Below are positions 50,418 to 61,843 of a stretch of DNA of 64,000 bases, piece after piece. The position numbers and the translations under genes were made by a program. The notes under the pieces were generated by a model. The model saw nothing but the letters and a program-made list of their open reading frames with translations, had not been told where the DNA came from and made no database searches. How positions within the stretch are numbered: position 1 is the first letter of the stretch; the number at the start of each line of letters is the position of its first letter. Origin of the DNA: Diadema antillarum (taxonomy: Eukaryota); contig NW_027270933.1 in the NCBI RefSeq assembly GCF_040938485.1, positions 930,001-994,000 on the forward strand, given 5' to 3'.

Positions 50418-51410
50418 ATGACATCGAGAAAAAGGAGCTTAGAACAAGGAGTCGTTACAATCTCCCATTATTTCAAGGAAAAGGAGGATTTTGACCCTAA
50501 GATGGATTTTAGCGACGCTACTACGGAGAAGGCTACGCAAGAACACAGTGACAGTGATAATGCACACGGCTTAACTGACTCGGCAGTGCACACGGTAGTG
50601 AAACCACTTCACCGAGATATGGAGGGAACCAGCCCGGGCGCGTCGGCGGAATCACCTCCACGCTCCTCGCTTGAGAAAAAACGACGAGTAGACGGGGAGA
50701 AGTCAACCACAGATGAACTACTCGCGGCCCTTATCCACAAGATAGACGAAATGAACTCCAATCTCACATCCAGGTTGGACACAGCTCTTGGTAAGATTGA
50801 AACAAATGAGAAAGAAATCAGTAACTTGAAAGAGGAGCAAGAGTCGTGCCGTTTTGATATCAAACAGTTACAGGACCAAGTAAACAAGCAAGAAAAGGAG
50901 AATATGAAATTGAGAGAGCGTCTTGTTGACCTCACTGCGAGAGAGATGAGGAATACGGCTGTGTTTTACGGGTTTCCTGAAGGTGCTGAAAACGCTGGGA
51001 AGTGTGAGCAATTGATCAAAGAATTTGCCAAGTCAAATATGCAAATGGAAGGTGAAGTGAGCATTGAAAGAGCTCATCGCACAGGCCGCATCAGGCCAAA
51101 ACCCGGCCCTCCTCGCCCAGTTGTGGTAGCTTTCAGTAGATACACAACCAGACAAACAGTGATCAGCAGTGCCCGCAGATATTTGAAGGAGAGGCCTTTT
51201 CAGCACAACGGAAAGGATCACCAGATATTTGTCGATGAGATGCTGCCGGTAGAAGTGCGAGAAAGCAGGAGGAAATTGCTGCCACTGAAACGAAAGCTGA
51301 AAGAGGAGGACCCAAAGCGAAAGGTGTACTTCAAATATCCGGCGCGATTGTTTTACAGGGAGACTGAGAGCGGAAAAGAAGTGGAGTACAAGCAGCACAC
51401 CACAAGATAG
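50418..51410 (+). CDS. L1/Tx1 ORF1 nucleic-acid chaperone (coiled coil + RRM + CTD, Transposase_22-like), 330 aa
   Basis: Heptad region LDTALGKIETNEKEISNLKEEQESCRFDIKQLQDQV, then REMRNTAVFYGFPE, IERAHRTG, PRPVVVAF and IFVDEMLP, typical of L1-type ORF1p. Confidence 0.9.
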   Translation: MTSRKRSLEQGVVTISHYFKEKEDFDPKMDFSDATTEKATQEHSDSDNAHGLTDSAVHTVVKPLHRDMEGTSPGASAESPPRSSLEKKRRVDGEKSTTDELLAALIHKIDEMNSNLTSRLDTALGKIETNEKEISNLKEEQESCRFDIKQLQDQVNKQEKENMKLRERLVDLTAREMRNTAVFYGFPEGAENAGKCEQLIKEFAKSNMQMEGEVSIERAHRTGRIRPKPGPPRPVVVAFSRYTTRQTVISSARRYLKERPFQHNGKDHQIFVDEMLPVEVRESRRKLLPLKRKLKEEDPKRKVYFKYPARLFYRETESGKEVEYKQHTTR

Positions 51411-51789
51411 AATGGATATTGGCAGTTTGCTTTTGCACAGTAGACAATGGTCTAACAAAATACGAAATACTTTGAAAAACTCTTGACACGACTGCGATAG
51501 CTCAGCAGTCGGCACCCTGTCATGCCAGCAGTATATTAACAGTTGATATCTCCGAAGACAAGATACACTTTTCATGTGATTAAGTGATAAGGAAAATCAT
51601 TTGTTTTTGCCAACCTGAGGAAAAAATAACTGTGAAGATGCCCAGGGGCACTTGGATTCCTTGTGATCATGTTTTATTCGATTTCATGCAAATTGTATGT
51701 GTGTTTTTTTCATTGCCAATGTTTTGTTGTCTGTTTTGTCTTGATCATGGTGGGTCATAAGAATTTACAAGGTTACCTACTTGTGAAAT

Positions 51790-54700
51790 ATGTATAAGGA
51801 TCTGAAGTTAATGACCCATAATGTTAATGGGCTAGGGGACTTTAAAGCCAGGAAAAAATATTTTTGTTTTTTATCCAAATTAAAAAAGGATATTATTTTA
51901 TTACAGGAAACCCATTCGACTGATAAGGATGAAAGTTTATGGAAGAACCAATTAAGAGCCGATATTGTATTCAGTCATGGAACCTCCTCTAGTAGGGGAG
52001 TGTGTATCATATTTCGGAAAACCCCACATATAAAATTGATAGAGACAGTGAAAGATTCTAACGGGAGATTTTTGTTGGTTAAAATGGAAGTATATGGAAA
52101 AAAATTTATGATATGTAATGTATATGCACCAAATAATGAAAAAGATCACATGCATTTTTTTAAAGCTGTAGACTTGACTATACAAGAATATTATGATGCT
52201 GAACAGACAATATTAATAGGGGGAGATTTTAATTTTATTCAAAATTTGGCATTGGACCGAGAGGGCGGTAATATGAAATCCACTTGGAAGCACTCTTGTG
52301 AAATAATAGAAAATATTAAAAACGTTTATCATGTAATAGATATCTGGAGAGACAAGAACCCGTTATTAAGACGATTTACTTGGAGACGCTCCAATCCTTG
52401 TGTTCAGTCAAGACTGGATTTCTGGTTAATCCATGAGTCTGTACAAAATATGGTGACAGATTGTGATATGGTCCCCTGTGTTTTGTCAGATCATGATTTT
52501 GTGAATTTACATCTGAGAATTAAAGAGTACACTGTGGGCCCATCTTATTGGAAGTTTAATAACAGTTTACTTAGTGATGTTGAGTATGTTGAAAATTTAA
52601 AGGGACATTATGAGATGTGGGTAAATGAATGGGAAGATAAAAATGATAAAGGAAAATTATGGGATTGGTTAAAATTCAAAATACGAGAATTTACAATCAC
52701 ATTTTCTAAAAGGAAGAAAAATATAAAAGAAATTAGAAGAAAAGAATTAGAACAAGAATTGAAAATAATAAATGACATGGACCCGACAGAAATGAATGAG
52801 CAAAAATGGGATAAGAAAGAGAAAATTGAACAGGAACTTAACTGCATGTACAATTATTTAGCAGAGGGGGCCATATTACGTTCAAGATGTACCTGGTACG
52901 AGAAAGGAGAGAAGAGTACAAAATATTTTTTATCATTGGAAAAGACACAAGCACAGAGTACAAACATAGATGTATTAGATACAGGTGAGGAACTTATTGA
53001 ACATCCCCATCATATACGAAATTTTGTGATGAAATCTTTTGGTAAACAGTTTGAAAACAGGGATACAGTGTCTGACAAAGTGAGTTATGATTACATAAAA
53101 AGTTCCTGCTTAAAACACCTCACGGAAGATGAAAAGGCCTCTTGTGAAGGCCTGATAACACATGAAGAGGCAAGGGAAGTCCTCCTTGGGATGTCAAAAA
53201 ATAAAACACCTGGTAATGATGGCTTATCGGTGGAATTTTATGAGACATTTTGGCCTTTGATTTCTAAAGAACTAATAGGATCATTTAATCATGCTTTTGA
53301 AAAAGGAAGTATGTCCGTGTCACAGAGGCAAGGAATAATTAAATTGATTCCTAAATCCAATAAAGATAAGAGATTATTGGGCAATTGGCGACCAATCACT
53401 TTAATAAATGTGGATGCAAAGATACTTTCTAAATGTTTAGCGAAACGTATGTCCAAAATTATTGGTAATTTGATAAATCCTCAGCAAACAGCATTTATTA
53501 AAGGCAGATATATAGGTGAAGGTATAAGACTGATTTCAGATTTAATGTTTTATGCAGATGCCAACAATGTATCTGGAATTGTGTTAGCATTAGATCTTAC
53601 CAAAGCATTTGATTCACTCAGTCATAGGTATTTATTACAGTGTTTAGAATGTCTTAATTTTGGTCCGTCAATGATACAATGGGTGAGAACATTGCATGCA
53701 GGTATAAATAGCTGTGTATTGATAAATGGCTTTACCACTGGTTATTTTGAAATTGGAAGGGGTGTTCGCCAAGGCGACCCCCTTGCCCCCCTTTTATTCA
53801 TATTAGGGCTCGAGATATATCTAATGAGATTGTTAAATAATCCAAATATTATTGGAATGGAGATGCTCGGAAAACAGATTAAATATACAGCTTACGCTGA
53901 TGATATAACATGTTTTTGTAAGGATACAGAATCATTATCAGTATTACTAGAAAGCTTTCAAGAATTTTCTGAGATATCAGGCCTTTGCCTCAACCGAAGC
54001 AAATCAGAAGGAATGTGGATAGGAAATGATAGACTATCGAAAGAAAAGCCACAGATGATAAAGTGGACAGACAATGGTCTTAGAATTCTTGGAATCTGGT
54101 TTTCATATGACAAAAAAGAAGCAATCCGAAGAAACTTTGAAGATCGATTGGGTGAGATTAAGAGAACATTTTTTATTTGGAAAAATCGTAATTTAACGTT
54201 AATTGGTAAAATTCAAATTTTGAAAACATTTATTATGTCTAAGATAATTTATTTGATGTCAAACATTGAAATTCCTCAAGATTTTGTGAAAGAAGTAGAG
54301 AAGTTAATGTTTTCATTTTTATGGAATGGCCCAGATAAGATTTCAAGGTCAACTATGTATGCACAATATGCTGAGGGTGGTCTCAAATTCCCCAATTTAC
54401 AATGTATGATTGATACGCAGTTAGTTAAGTGGGTTAAAAGATATTATGGAAATCGTAACCATCAATGGGTGCTATTGGGAGATTATTTCTTAAAAAGGCT
54501 TGGTGGAATTCTAGTGTTTCAAAGTAATTATTCCCTTGAAACTATTGATAAGAGGGGTATCCCTCCATTCTATGAGAATATTCTACAAATATGGTTAAAG
54601 ACAAACATACATGAGGATTTTATTGGTGATGAAAATAGCCAAGCAGACATCCTACAACAACCAGTATGGAATAACCAGAATATTTTGATTGATAAGCACT

Positions 54701-55572
54701 CAATATTCAGCAGCCCGTTTTTTGAAGCAGGTTTATGTTATATATATCAAATATTTAGTATTGATGGACGGCTCATTGATTTTGAATTTTGGTTAAGGAA
54801 AGGAGTGCCAAGCAAATATAATATGATGTATATGGCAATTGTAGACTCTGTTCAAAAATACTCGAAATGTTCCTTCAATACACTCCTATTGGAGATGTTT
54901 TGGAAAGAAGAAGTGGCTCAAAAACAAAAGGATCTTATTATTTCACAGTTACAAAATGTGAAATCAAAACCAATATATGAGGAATTTTTAAAAGAGATTA
55001 AATCAAGACCTGTTTGCGAAACAGTTTTTGCTGGCAAGTATGGAATTCAACCAGAAGATTGGACACAAATATATATGTTGCCATTTACATGTACAATTGA
55101 AGTAAAATTGAGAGAATTTCAGTTCAAGTTGTCGCATAATATACTTTACACAAATGAAAGATTGTTTAAGATGAAAATATCAGAATCAGAGTTGTGTACG
55201 CTTTGTAAGTCATGTGCTGAGACCCCTGTACATCTGTTTTTTTATTGTAAAGCTGCCAAAGAATTACTTCAAAAATTTGTGGATGAAATTGGTACGATCT
55301 TTCATGTCAAATTAGAGGATTGTACAAGAATTAGAGTAATGTTTGGATTCATCAAAGACTGGAAAGGGCCCCACAGGAGTTTATTGAATCATTTAATATT
55401 GTTATACAAAAGGTACATATATATTCAGAGATGCAAAGATACAGGTGTGAAATTTCATGGATTGACAGCATTTATTGTTAATATCCGATATATAGAATCC
55501 AACATTGCAAAACGAACAAACAAATTAAATTTTCATTATAAGAAATGGTCCCCTGTAGAAAATATTTTTTAG
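51790..55572 (+). CDS. L1/Tx1 ORF2 (APE endonuclease + reverse transcriptase + C-terminal CCHC), 1260 aa, uninterrupted
   Basis: EN motifs HNVNGL, LQETH, NVYAPN, GGDFN, SRLDF, SDH. RT motifs PGNDGL, WRPITLIN, LDLTKAFD, GVRQGDPLAPLLF, YADD. Cys motif CTLC...ETPVHLFFYC. Confidence 0.96.
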   Translation: MYKDLKLMTHNVNGLGDFKARKKYFCFLSKLKKDIILLQETHSTDKDESLWKNQLRADIVFSHGTSSSRGVCIIFRKTPHIKLIETVKDSNGRFLLVKMEVYGKKFMICNVYAPNNEKDHMHFFKAVDLTIQEYYDAEQTILIGGDFNFIQNLALDREGGNMKSTWKHSCEIIENIKNVYHVIDIWRDKNPLLRRFTWRRSNPCVQSRLDFWLIHESVQNMVTDCDMVPCVLSDHDFVNLHLRIKEYTVGPSYWKFNNSLLSDVEYVENLKGHYEMWVNEWEDKNDKGKLWDWLKFKIREFTITFSKRKKNIKEIRRKELEQELKIINDMDPTEMNEQKWDKKEKIEQELNCMYNYLAEGAILRSRCTWYEKGEKSTKYFLSLEKTQAQSTNIDVLDTGEELIEHPHHIRNFVMKSFGKQFENRDTVSDKVSYDYIKSSCLKHLTEDEKASCEGLITHEEAREVLLGMSKNKTPGNDGLSVEFYETFWPLISKELIGSFNHAFEKGSMSVSQRQGIIKLIPKSNKDKRLLGNWRPITLINVDAKILSKCLAKRMSKIIGNLINPQQTAFIKGRYIGEGIRLISDLMFYADANNVSGIVLALDLTKAFDSLSHRYLLQCLECLNFGPSMIQWVRTLHAGINSCVLINGFTTGYFEIGRGVRQGDPLAPLLFILGLEIYLMRLLNNPNIIGMEMLGKQIKYTAYADDITCFCKDTESLSVLLESFQEFSEISGLCLNRSKSEGMWIGNDRLSKEKPQMIKWTDNGLRILGIWFSYDKKEAIRRNFEDRLGEIKRTFFIWKNRNLTLIGKIQILKTFIMSKIIYLMSNIEIPQDFVKEVEKLMFSFLWNGPDKISRSTMYAQYAEGGLKFPNLQCMIDTQLVKWVKRYYGNRNHQWVLLGDYFLKRLGGILVFQSNYSLETIDKRGIPPFYENILQIWLKTNIHEDFIGDENSQADILQQPVWNNQNILIDKHSIFSSPFFEAGLCYIYQIFSIDGRLIDFEFWLRKGVPSKYNMMYMAIVDSVQKYSKCSFNTLLLEMFWKEEVAQKQKDLIISQLQNVKSKPIYEEFLKEIKSRPVCETVFAGKYGIQPEDWTQIYMLPFTCTIEVKLREFQFKLSHNILYTNERLFKMKISESELCTLCKSCAETPVHLFFYCKAAKELLQKFVDEIGTIFHVKLEDCTRIRVMFGFIKDWKGPHRSLLNHLILLYKRYIYIQRCKDTGVKFHGLTAFIVNIRYIESNIAKRTNKLNFHYKKWSPVENIF

Positions 55573-55591
55573 GTCATTGTAGAAGAACATA

Positions 55592-55785
55592 CAGTCGACT
55601 CTCGTGATAAAGAATATCCATATGGCAGAACCCCGACGTGATGGGGTAGTTTTTTGGGGGTCCCAGGGTTTGAAAATTTTCCTATTCAGAGGTATTTGCG
55701 CCCTGGATACGGCAAGGTTTCAAAAGTGACAAGATCACGGTGATTTCGCTGGGCCCAAGGAGTTTATTGTAACGAGAGCTGACTG
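55592..55785. mobile_element. pogo/Tigger-like (Tc1/mariner superfamily) MITE inside the L1 3' UTR
   Basis: TA-CAGTCGACTCTCG...CGAGAGCTGACTG-TA: TA flanks and 13-bp TIRs with 2 mismatches, no coding capacity. Confidence 0.7.
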
Positions 55786-56634
55786 TATCTTTAGGATATT
55801 GTTCAATTGTTGAAGAGTTTGATACCCATCTTTTACTGTTGTTGTTGTTGTTGTTGTTAATTTGTTAAACAAAACATGATTTGTAATATGATTTTGTATG
55901 TTATGTTGTATAATGAAGAGGAAATAAATAAATTTGTAAAAGAAAAAAAAAGGGATGATTATGATATTGTTTGAGGTGAGGATTCATATTTTAACTTTCT
56001 GCGAGAAACTTAGAAATCACTTTATAAAATATCAGAGTGCATACAATTCTAGTAGGAATTCAAACTTTATTCGATGCAAATCCGTTCTCAACTGGCTGAG
56101 ATATAAAAAAAAAGTAAAAGAAAGCAATTCTAATTGATTTTGGGTCCCACCTATTATTAGGATAGCTTTCTTTTGGATATCTCAGCAATTTCAAAAAGAA
56201 TTTTCATCAACTAAACTTTGAATTCATTTTAGAAATACATTTCTTTTCACATTTCATAACAGTTTTCTCATTTTAAAAAAATCCTCAAAAAAGTTGAAAA
56301 CCTGAACCCCCATCTGAACCAAAGACTGTACAATCCCTTTATCACTTAATAACCCGATGTGCTAGTTTTTGAGCATTACATCATCCTTGGTTTTAAGTTG
56401 CGTTTTGCTAACTTAAAAATACTTATGAGGATTGAGGGTTCTTTCCTTGGTCACCGAGCTGTTACTATCACAAGGTATTTCTTGCCCCTAATGTTAAAAA
56501 CAAACAAACATAAAAGCACCTTACATTGACTCGGAATAGTATTCACAAAATTTGGCCTGCTCCCGGGCACTTGTGCTTACGCCATTGTATCGCATTTTTG
56601 CTGAAAAAAAAATCTTCAGAGTTGAGCGCCAGCC

Positions 56635-58509
56635 ATGGCAGAGTTGGAAGAGTACAGCCAGTATTCTGACGCGATCAGAGACGTAATGGATTCGGAGGGT
56701 GTATTTCCCGAGGAGATTCCCGTGAGGACAGCCAGACAGGGGGTCCGTGGATTCGCAGTGGGGCATTGCAGTGGATGCGCGCGGAACTGGAGTAGCTACC
56801 GAGCTCATGTCGTCATTGACTTAAAGAGACAGAAGGTGGACAAAGTAAGTGGCAAACACCTAAAACCTTTCCTCTCAAAATGTATTCCACGCTTACTTAG
56901 TTAACTCACTTAATTTGTTTGCAAATTTCTGTACGTTAGGGGTACAGTCTGTCTCAACGTGCTGTTGGCATGTGGAGGCAAGAAATGAATACGTCGAAAT
57001 AGTAGTTGTTTTGGTACAGTATTTGCATTGGTAACACACCAGCGAGATCAGTGTTTTGGCAGTGCAGTCTGCCAATTGGGCAATCATTCGTGAAGATGAT
57101 ACACTGTTTCAGGCCCGTAACTTGAGGGGGGGGGGGGGGATAACCGACACCCTGTTGATGAACGACACGACCTGTTGTCAGGTATGTATAGCTCATGATA
57201 ATTATATAGTACAATCTCAAACTAAGCAAACAGAGTAGAAGAAGTTTCATTAAAATCAATAAAACCAAGAGAAAGCTTTGAAAAGAGGCGTTGAAATCAT
57301 TAAACCTCACGACTACCAATTGGTATAGTATAGGCAAAATATAAAACATGTTCTCAGCAGTTAATCTACAACCCTTTACTCACCAGAAATGATTGCTGCT
57401 ACTTTATTATACGACACTACATCATTTTGAGAAAGGTACATCCTTTATCTACACACGTCAAAAGATAAACTAACTGATTATTTGAGGACTTGTTATTATG
57501 ACATATAACATGTAATAACAATCACGAACAAAAACAATAGTTGAACGAATCAATGGCGATACATTCTTAACATACATCGGAATATTAATCCTGTTTAGTC
57601 TTTCAACACCTTCAGTTGTTAATATTATAGTGTTATGATAGGTATCGATTTATCACACGTGTTGGAGAGGTGTCATTCTCCTAAATTTCCATTCGTTATT
57701 GTTATACAGATCTGGAAGCAAAAGTGCAAGAAGTGTGATACGCCAAATGTAATGTCCTTTAAAGATGTGGATTTCAAGTCGCTCGTCGAAAAGGCCATAG
57801 AGCAGTAAGTTAACAGCGTTGCTGATCATTTTGACACATACTTTGGTACGGTCTGATGTCCCTCACTTACAACAAGCCAACAAGCTCATAAACGTGAAAA
57901 AAAAATGTTGTTTTTAAGTACATTTATTCTTACTTTCGTGTAGATAGGTTTATAGTATAAACTTAAATTACTTAAATTTATATAAACCTATATAACTCAT
58001 ATTATGAGCAAAATGTTATACATTGAAGATGATAATTAACTTCCCGAGACCTAAATCAATTTCGCTGAATACACTGTATCATGATGTGACGATATTATGT
58101 GGTATAATCTTTTGGCTAAAACTGAACATTTTGGAGTATTTGAAAAAAAGATATATAAGTCCTGATGGAACTTTGGCATATTCATTTAACAATAACAATC
58201 AAATGCGCACAATGCCTGTATCAAACTCATGCGTTTGTCCCCCTCCCCGTTCCCCTCCCCAGCCCCCCAAAAGAATCAGCTGCTTGCACATCATCCAACA
58301 TTTCACAGTTTGCACTCCCTTTCCACGACTTTATCCCGTCAATACACAGAGAGAAAAAATTCCGGAATCCGATGCTCAGGCACGATGATGACGTCGACGA
58401 CGACGATGGCGGACGTCGAGCTGGACCTCCTCATGAAAGTAGTCTCTGTGAGAAATGTGAATACGGCAAAACTCAGTGCTGGAAAAAGAGGTCTTCAACC
58501 ACCAACTAG
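56635..58509 (+). CDS. RTP-like 3CxxC zinc-finger protein, copy B, predicted join(56635..56844,57710..57804,58350..58509), 154 aa
   Basis: Paralog of copy A with the same exon phases and an identical 95-nt exon 2 length. Motifs are CSGC..WSS, HVV, CKKC, GPPHES, CEKC and QCW. GT-AG sites are canonical and the frame is open (465 nt). Confidence 0.88.
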
Positions 58510-58661
58510 AGTAAGATTTTGAGGGATATGGCAATTCGTGCAGAATAGAACAAAGCAATAGTTATTATCGTGTGTAGAAATGTGACGATTTTGAGATCAG
58601 TCAAACAGTGTAGACCCTACATCATGATCCAGGAAACTTTTTTCTTTCTTTCTTTCTTTTT

Positions 58662-58705
<44 letters not shown>

Positions 58706-60969
58706 GTCTCTGCAGGAATCGCATTGAATCATCCGCATTCCTATATTTTGATCAATAGCAGGGACGGAACAAGTAGCCTATTATGGACTCTTTAGAGGCA
58801 AACCTTTTCAAAAACCTTCATTTTTTTCAGCTTCTTGTGTAGAATAGAACACCAACTTAATGTTTTGCTTCTTCTTTTCGTTCCCTAAAAAAAAATCAAA
58901 ACAAAGCAAAGCAAAAACAACAACGCAGCTAGACAAAAGCCCTTGTAAGTGGCTTCTTAGATTTTCCAGAAAGATCACATTTTGTCTAGTGCTTGATACG
59001 CAATTTTCATGATGGATCATGACTTGTCATACAAAACGTCTTTCAAGAATTTCTCACTATTTCAGTCGCTCTTGATAGGGGTTGAACGTCACGAAGCCGA
59101 CACCCATGAGTCACGCAGCCCACGAGTCATACAGCCCATAAGTTCGACACCAAGCAAAGAAGGCCCACGAGACTGACACATTAAGCCCCTTGTTGTGTCT
59201 GTTTAATTCGTGGGCTCATTTTTAATACCTAGAGTCGAACTCATGGGCTTTATAGGCCTAGTGTCGAACTCGTATGCTGTATGACACATGAACCTTTTTT
59301 ATCAATGTCGAACTCGTGGACTGTATGACTCGTAGATGTCGATCTCGTGGGATAACCCTTTTGAAGGATAGATGTATTTCATTTATACAGTACATAGCCT
59401 GATGGTATTGAAACAATGATCTTTTTTCTCTATTACAGAATATGCTGATATATTGATTTTTGAATGATGCAAATTGCCTAACCATTTTTTTTTTGTTCAC
59501 TTCACACATTCGATTTGACTTGGTGGACACAAACGCCATGACTTTCGGACAAACTAACAAACACTGAGATCTGACGTTATTGATAGGTTAGATCGTTGTT
59601 AATGAGTGAATAAATACAGACTTTTACTTTCTCTTGTGTAGTAAATAGAGAGAAAAGACTACATTTCTTTGTTTTATTGAGCAGAAAAGAGAATATCATA
59701 TTCATGTTTCAGAAACGGCTGTGTCATTTCTATACGTTGGGAATGAATCACTCTCGATTCATACAGTAAGTCTAGCTAAAGACCGTCGAACATTTTCCTA
59801 TCATGCCTATTGTCACAGTGAAGATATGGATATGCATTTCTATGGTTCGACGTGTCCGTGTTGGGTATTTAACCCCTTGTTGTGTTCTCTGCCAGTTATT
59901 ATGATCAAATTTTATCAAACATTAGAATTATGTATACGTCTATGATTGATGTAATCATTTCATGAATCTGGGGTGTCATAGGTAAAGTCAGGTTTATGCC
60001 TCAATTCAATATCAAATATGTTAGACTCAGTGAACTTTCAAAGTGAAGTCACAGTACTTGGTTTTTCAAACCCTTTATTATATCTGTCAATAATAACTCA
60101 TTTATCACAGTTTTTTTTTTGGTTCAACATTCTTTATCATACCAACAAACAATGTAACATGAAAGGCCAAGGTTGTCTCCTGGATTAAACAACAGGAGGC
60201 ACAAGGCAAAGACAAAGGACAATACAGAAAAACATGTAAAATGCATCTTACATAGTAAGAAACACACTCGACAAGTACAGTAACATAATCACAAACAAAT
60301 TTACCAAAAAATATATTCATACACGAACAAATTAAAATATGCAATATTTTATTTGAAAACATACCTTTCTATCATAATAATGCAACCTTATCTCATTCTA
60401 TTTTTTTTTATCTCTTTACCTTTTACTATACAAATCGTTCTCTTCAACCTCTCCCTCCCTCTCTCTCTCTTCTCTCTCCCTACCTTCCCTTCCTATCTTT
60501 CTTATACCTTTATTTTATTCCATTACCCATTAATTCATTTTACACCTTAATTTCTCCTCCAAAAAACTTCACTTTAACTTTCTCATTAAAATTAACAACA
60601 ATCCATTAACAATATCAAATCATATAACATCAAATCTTATATAATATCTATACACTAACAATAAACTAAATCTCAAATTCTTTTTTCCTTGTATAAACCT
60701 AAACATAAAATCTTAGCACTCCACTAAAAAAAAAAACGTTACTTATAATATAAATGAATATACAAACATCCTATCTAATTAATTGTCATGATATTTATCA
60801 AATATTTCAATTTGTGGTGTGTTTTTTTCTTACTTACGATGTATAAATGCGTCGAAATTTGGTATTGAAAAATATCACTGTTTGACTTGAAAATGCCGTA
60901 CTCCTCTCCTTTGTCATCTATTCTGTATTGGTACCAACTCGCAGACTACAAACATGAATAAATACTAGA

Positions 60970-61060
<91 letters not shown>

Positions 61061-61064
61061 TATA

Positions 61065-61651
61065 CAGGATGGCCCATAAAGAACGGAACACCTAAGATGT
61101 TTAATTTCAGCAATATTGTTGCAAATATGTCATTATTTTTGCACAATGTTTTGAAGGCCATTCATTTTCCAATAGAATGACACCAAATTCTTAAATTTGG
61201 TTGGTGCGTTATGATTTCAGGACCATTTTTGTCAACCCTTGCAATTTTCAAAATGTGATCATCGAAACCATCGAGAATTCGGCTTACCATAGAACCAGTA
61301 GCATTCACAATGATATTCACAATGACATTCACATTATTCACAATAATAACGGACAATAACGACCAACTTCCGCCCCACATTCCACACATTGGGAACGCTA
61401 CTGGTTCTATGGCAAGCCAAATTCTCGCTGGTTTCGGTATCTCTGCGAGTGCAAAATGATCACATTTTGAAAATTGCAAGGGTGGACAAAAATGGTCCTG
61501 AAATCATAACGCACCAACCAAAATTTAAGAATTTGGTGTCATTCTATTGGAAAAAATGGCCTTTCCAATAGTATGCAAGATAATGACATATTTGCAACGA
61601 TATTTCTGAAATTAAAGATCTTAAGTGTTCCGTTCTTTCTGGACCGCCACG
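61065..61651. mobile_element. Tc1/mariner-like MITE with long TIRs inserted in a (TA)n tract
   Basis: TA-CAGGATGGCCCATAAAGAACGGAACAC ... GTGTTCCGTTCTTTCTGGACCGCCACG-TA with ~240-bp inverted arms. Confidence 0.8.
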
Positions 61652-61670
61652 TATATATATGTTTATATAT

Positions 61671-61722
<52 letters not shown>

Positions 61723-61777
61723 ATATATATTGTTAATATATATATTGTTAATATTTATATATATATATATATATATA

Positions 61778-61843
61778 CAGGGCTCCACACTAACTTTTAT
61801 TTTTGGTGGCCCCGGGCCACCGGGCCACCGTTAGTGTCGAGCC

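Larger units (their letters stand above)
48636..55948 (+). mobile_element. Full-length L1/Tx1-clade non-LTR retrotransposon (body continues at 50311 after a nested insertion)
   Basis: Two intact ORFs; 5' UTR with YY1-type CAAGATGGCG (50316-50325); AATAAA plus an A-rich tail at ~55923-55951. A 13-bp target-site duplication AAAGGGATGATTA flanks it at 48623-48635 and 55949-55961. Confidence 0.9.
48623..56341. mobile_element. TTAA-family (Kolobok/T2-like) MITE split by the L1 insertion: left end 48623-48635, remainder 55962-56341
   Basis: The rejoined sequence AAAGGGATGATTATGATATTG...TTTTAACTTTCTGCGAGA...GGGTCCCAC...GACTGTACAATCCCTTTA resembles the intact family member at 45108-45487 and shares termini with 17183-17473. 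It is absent at the paralogous position in unit A (~37925). Confidence 0.7.
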
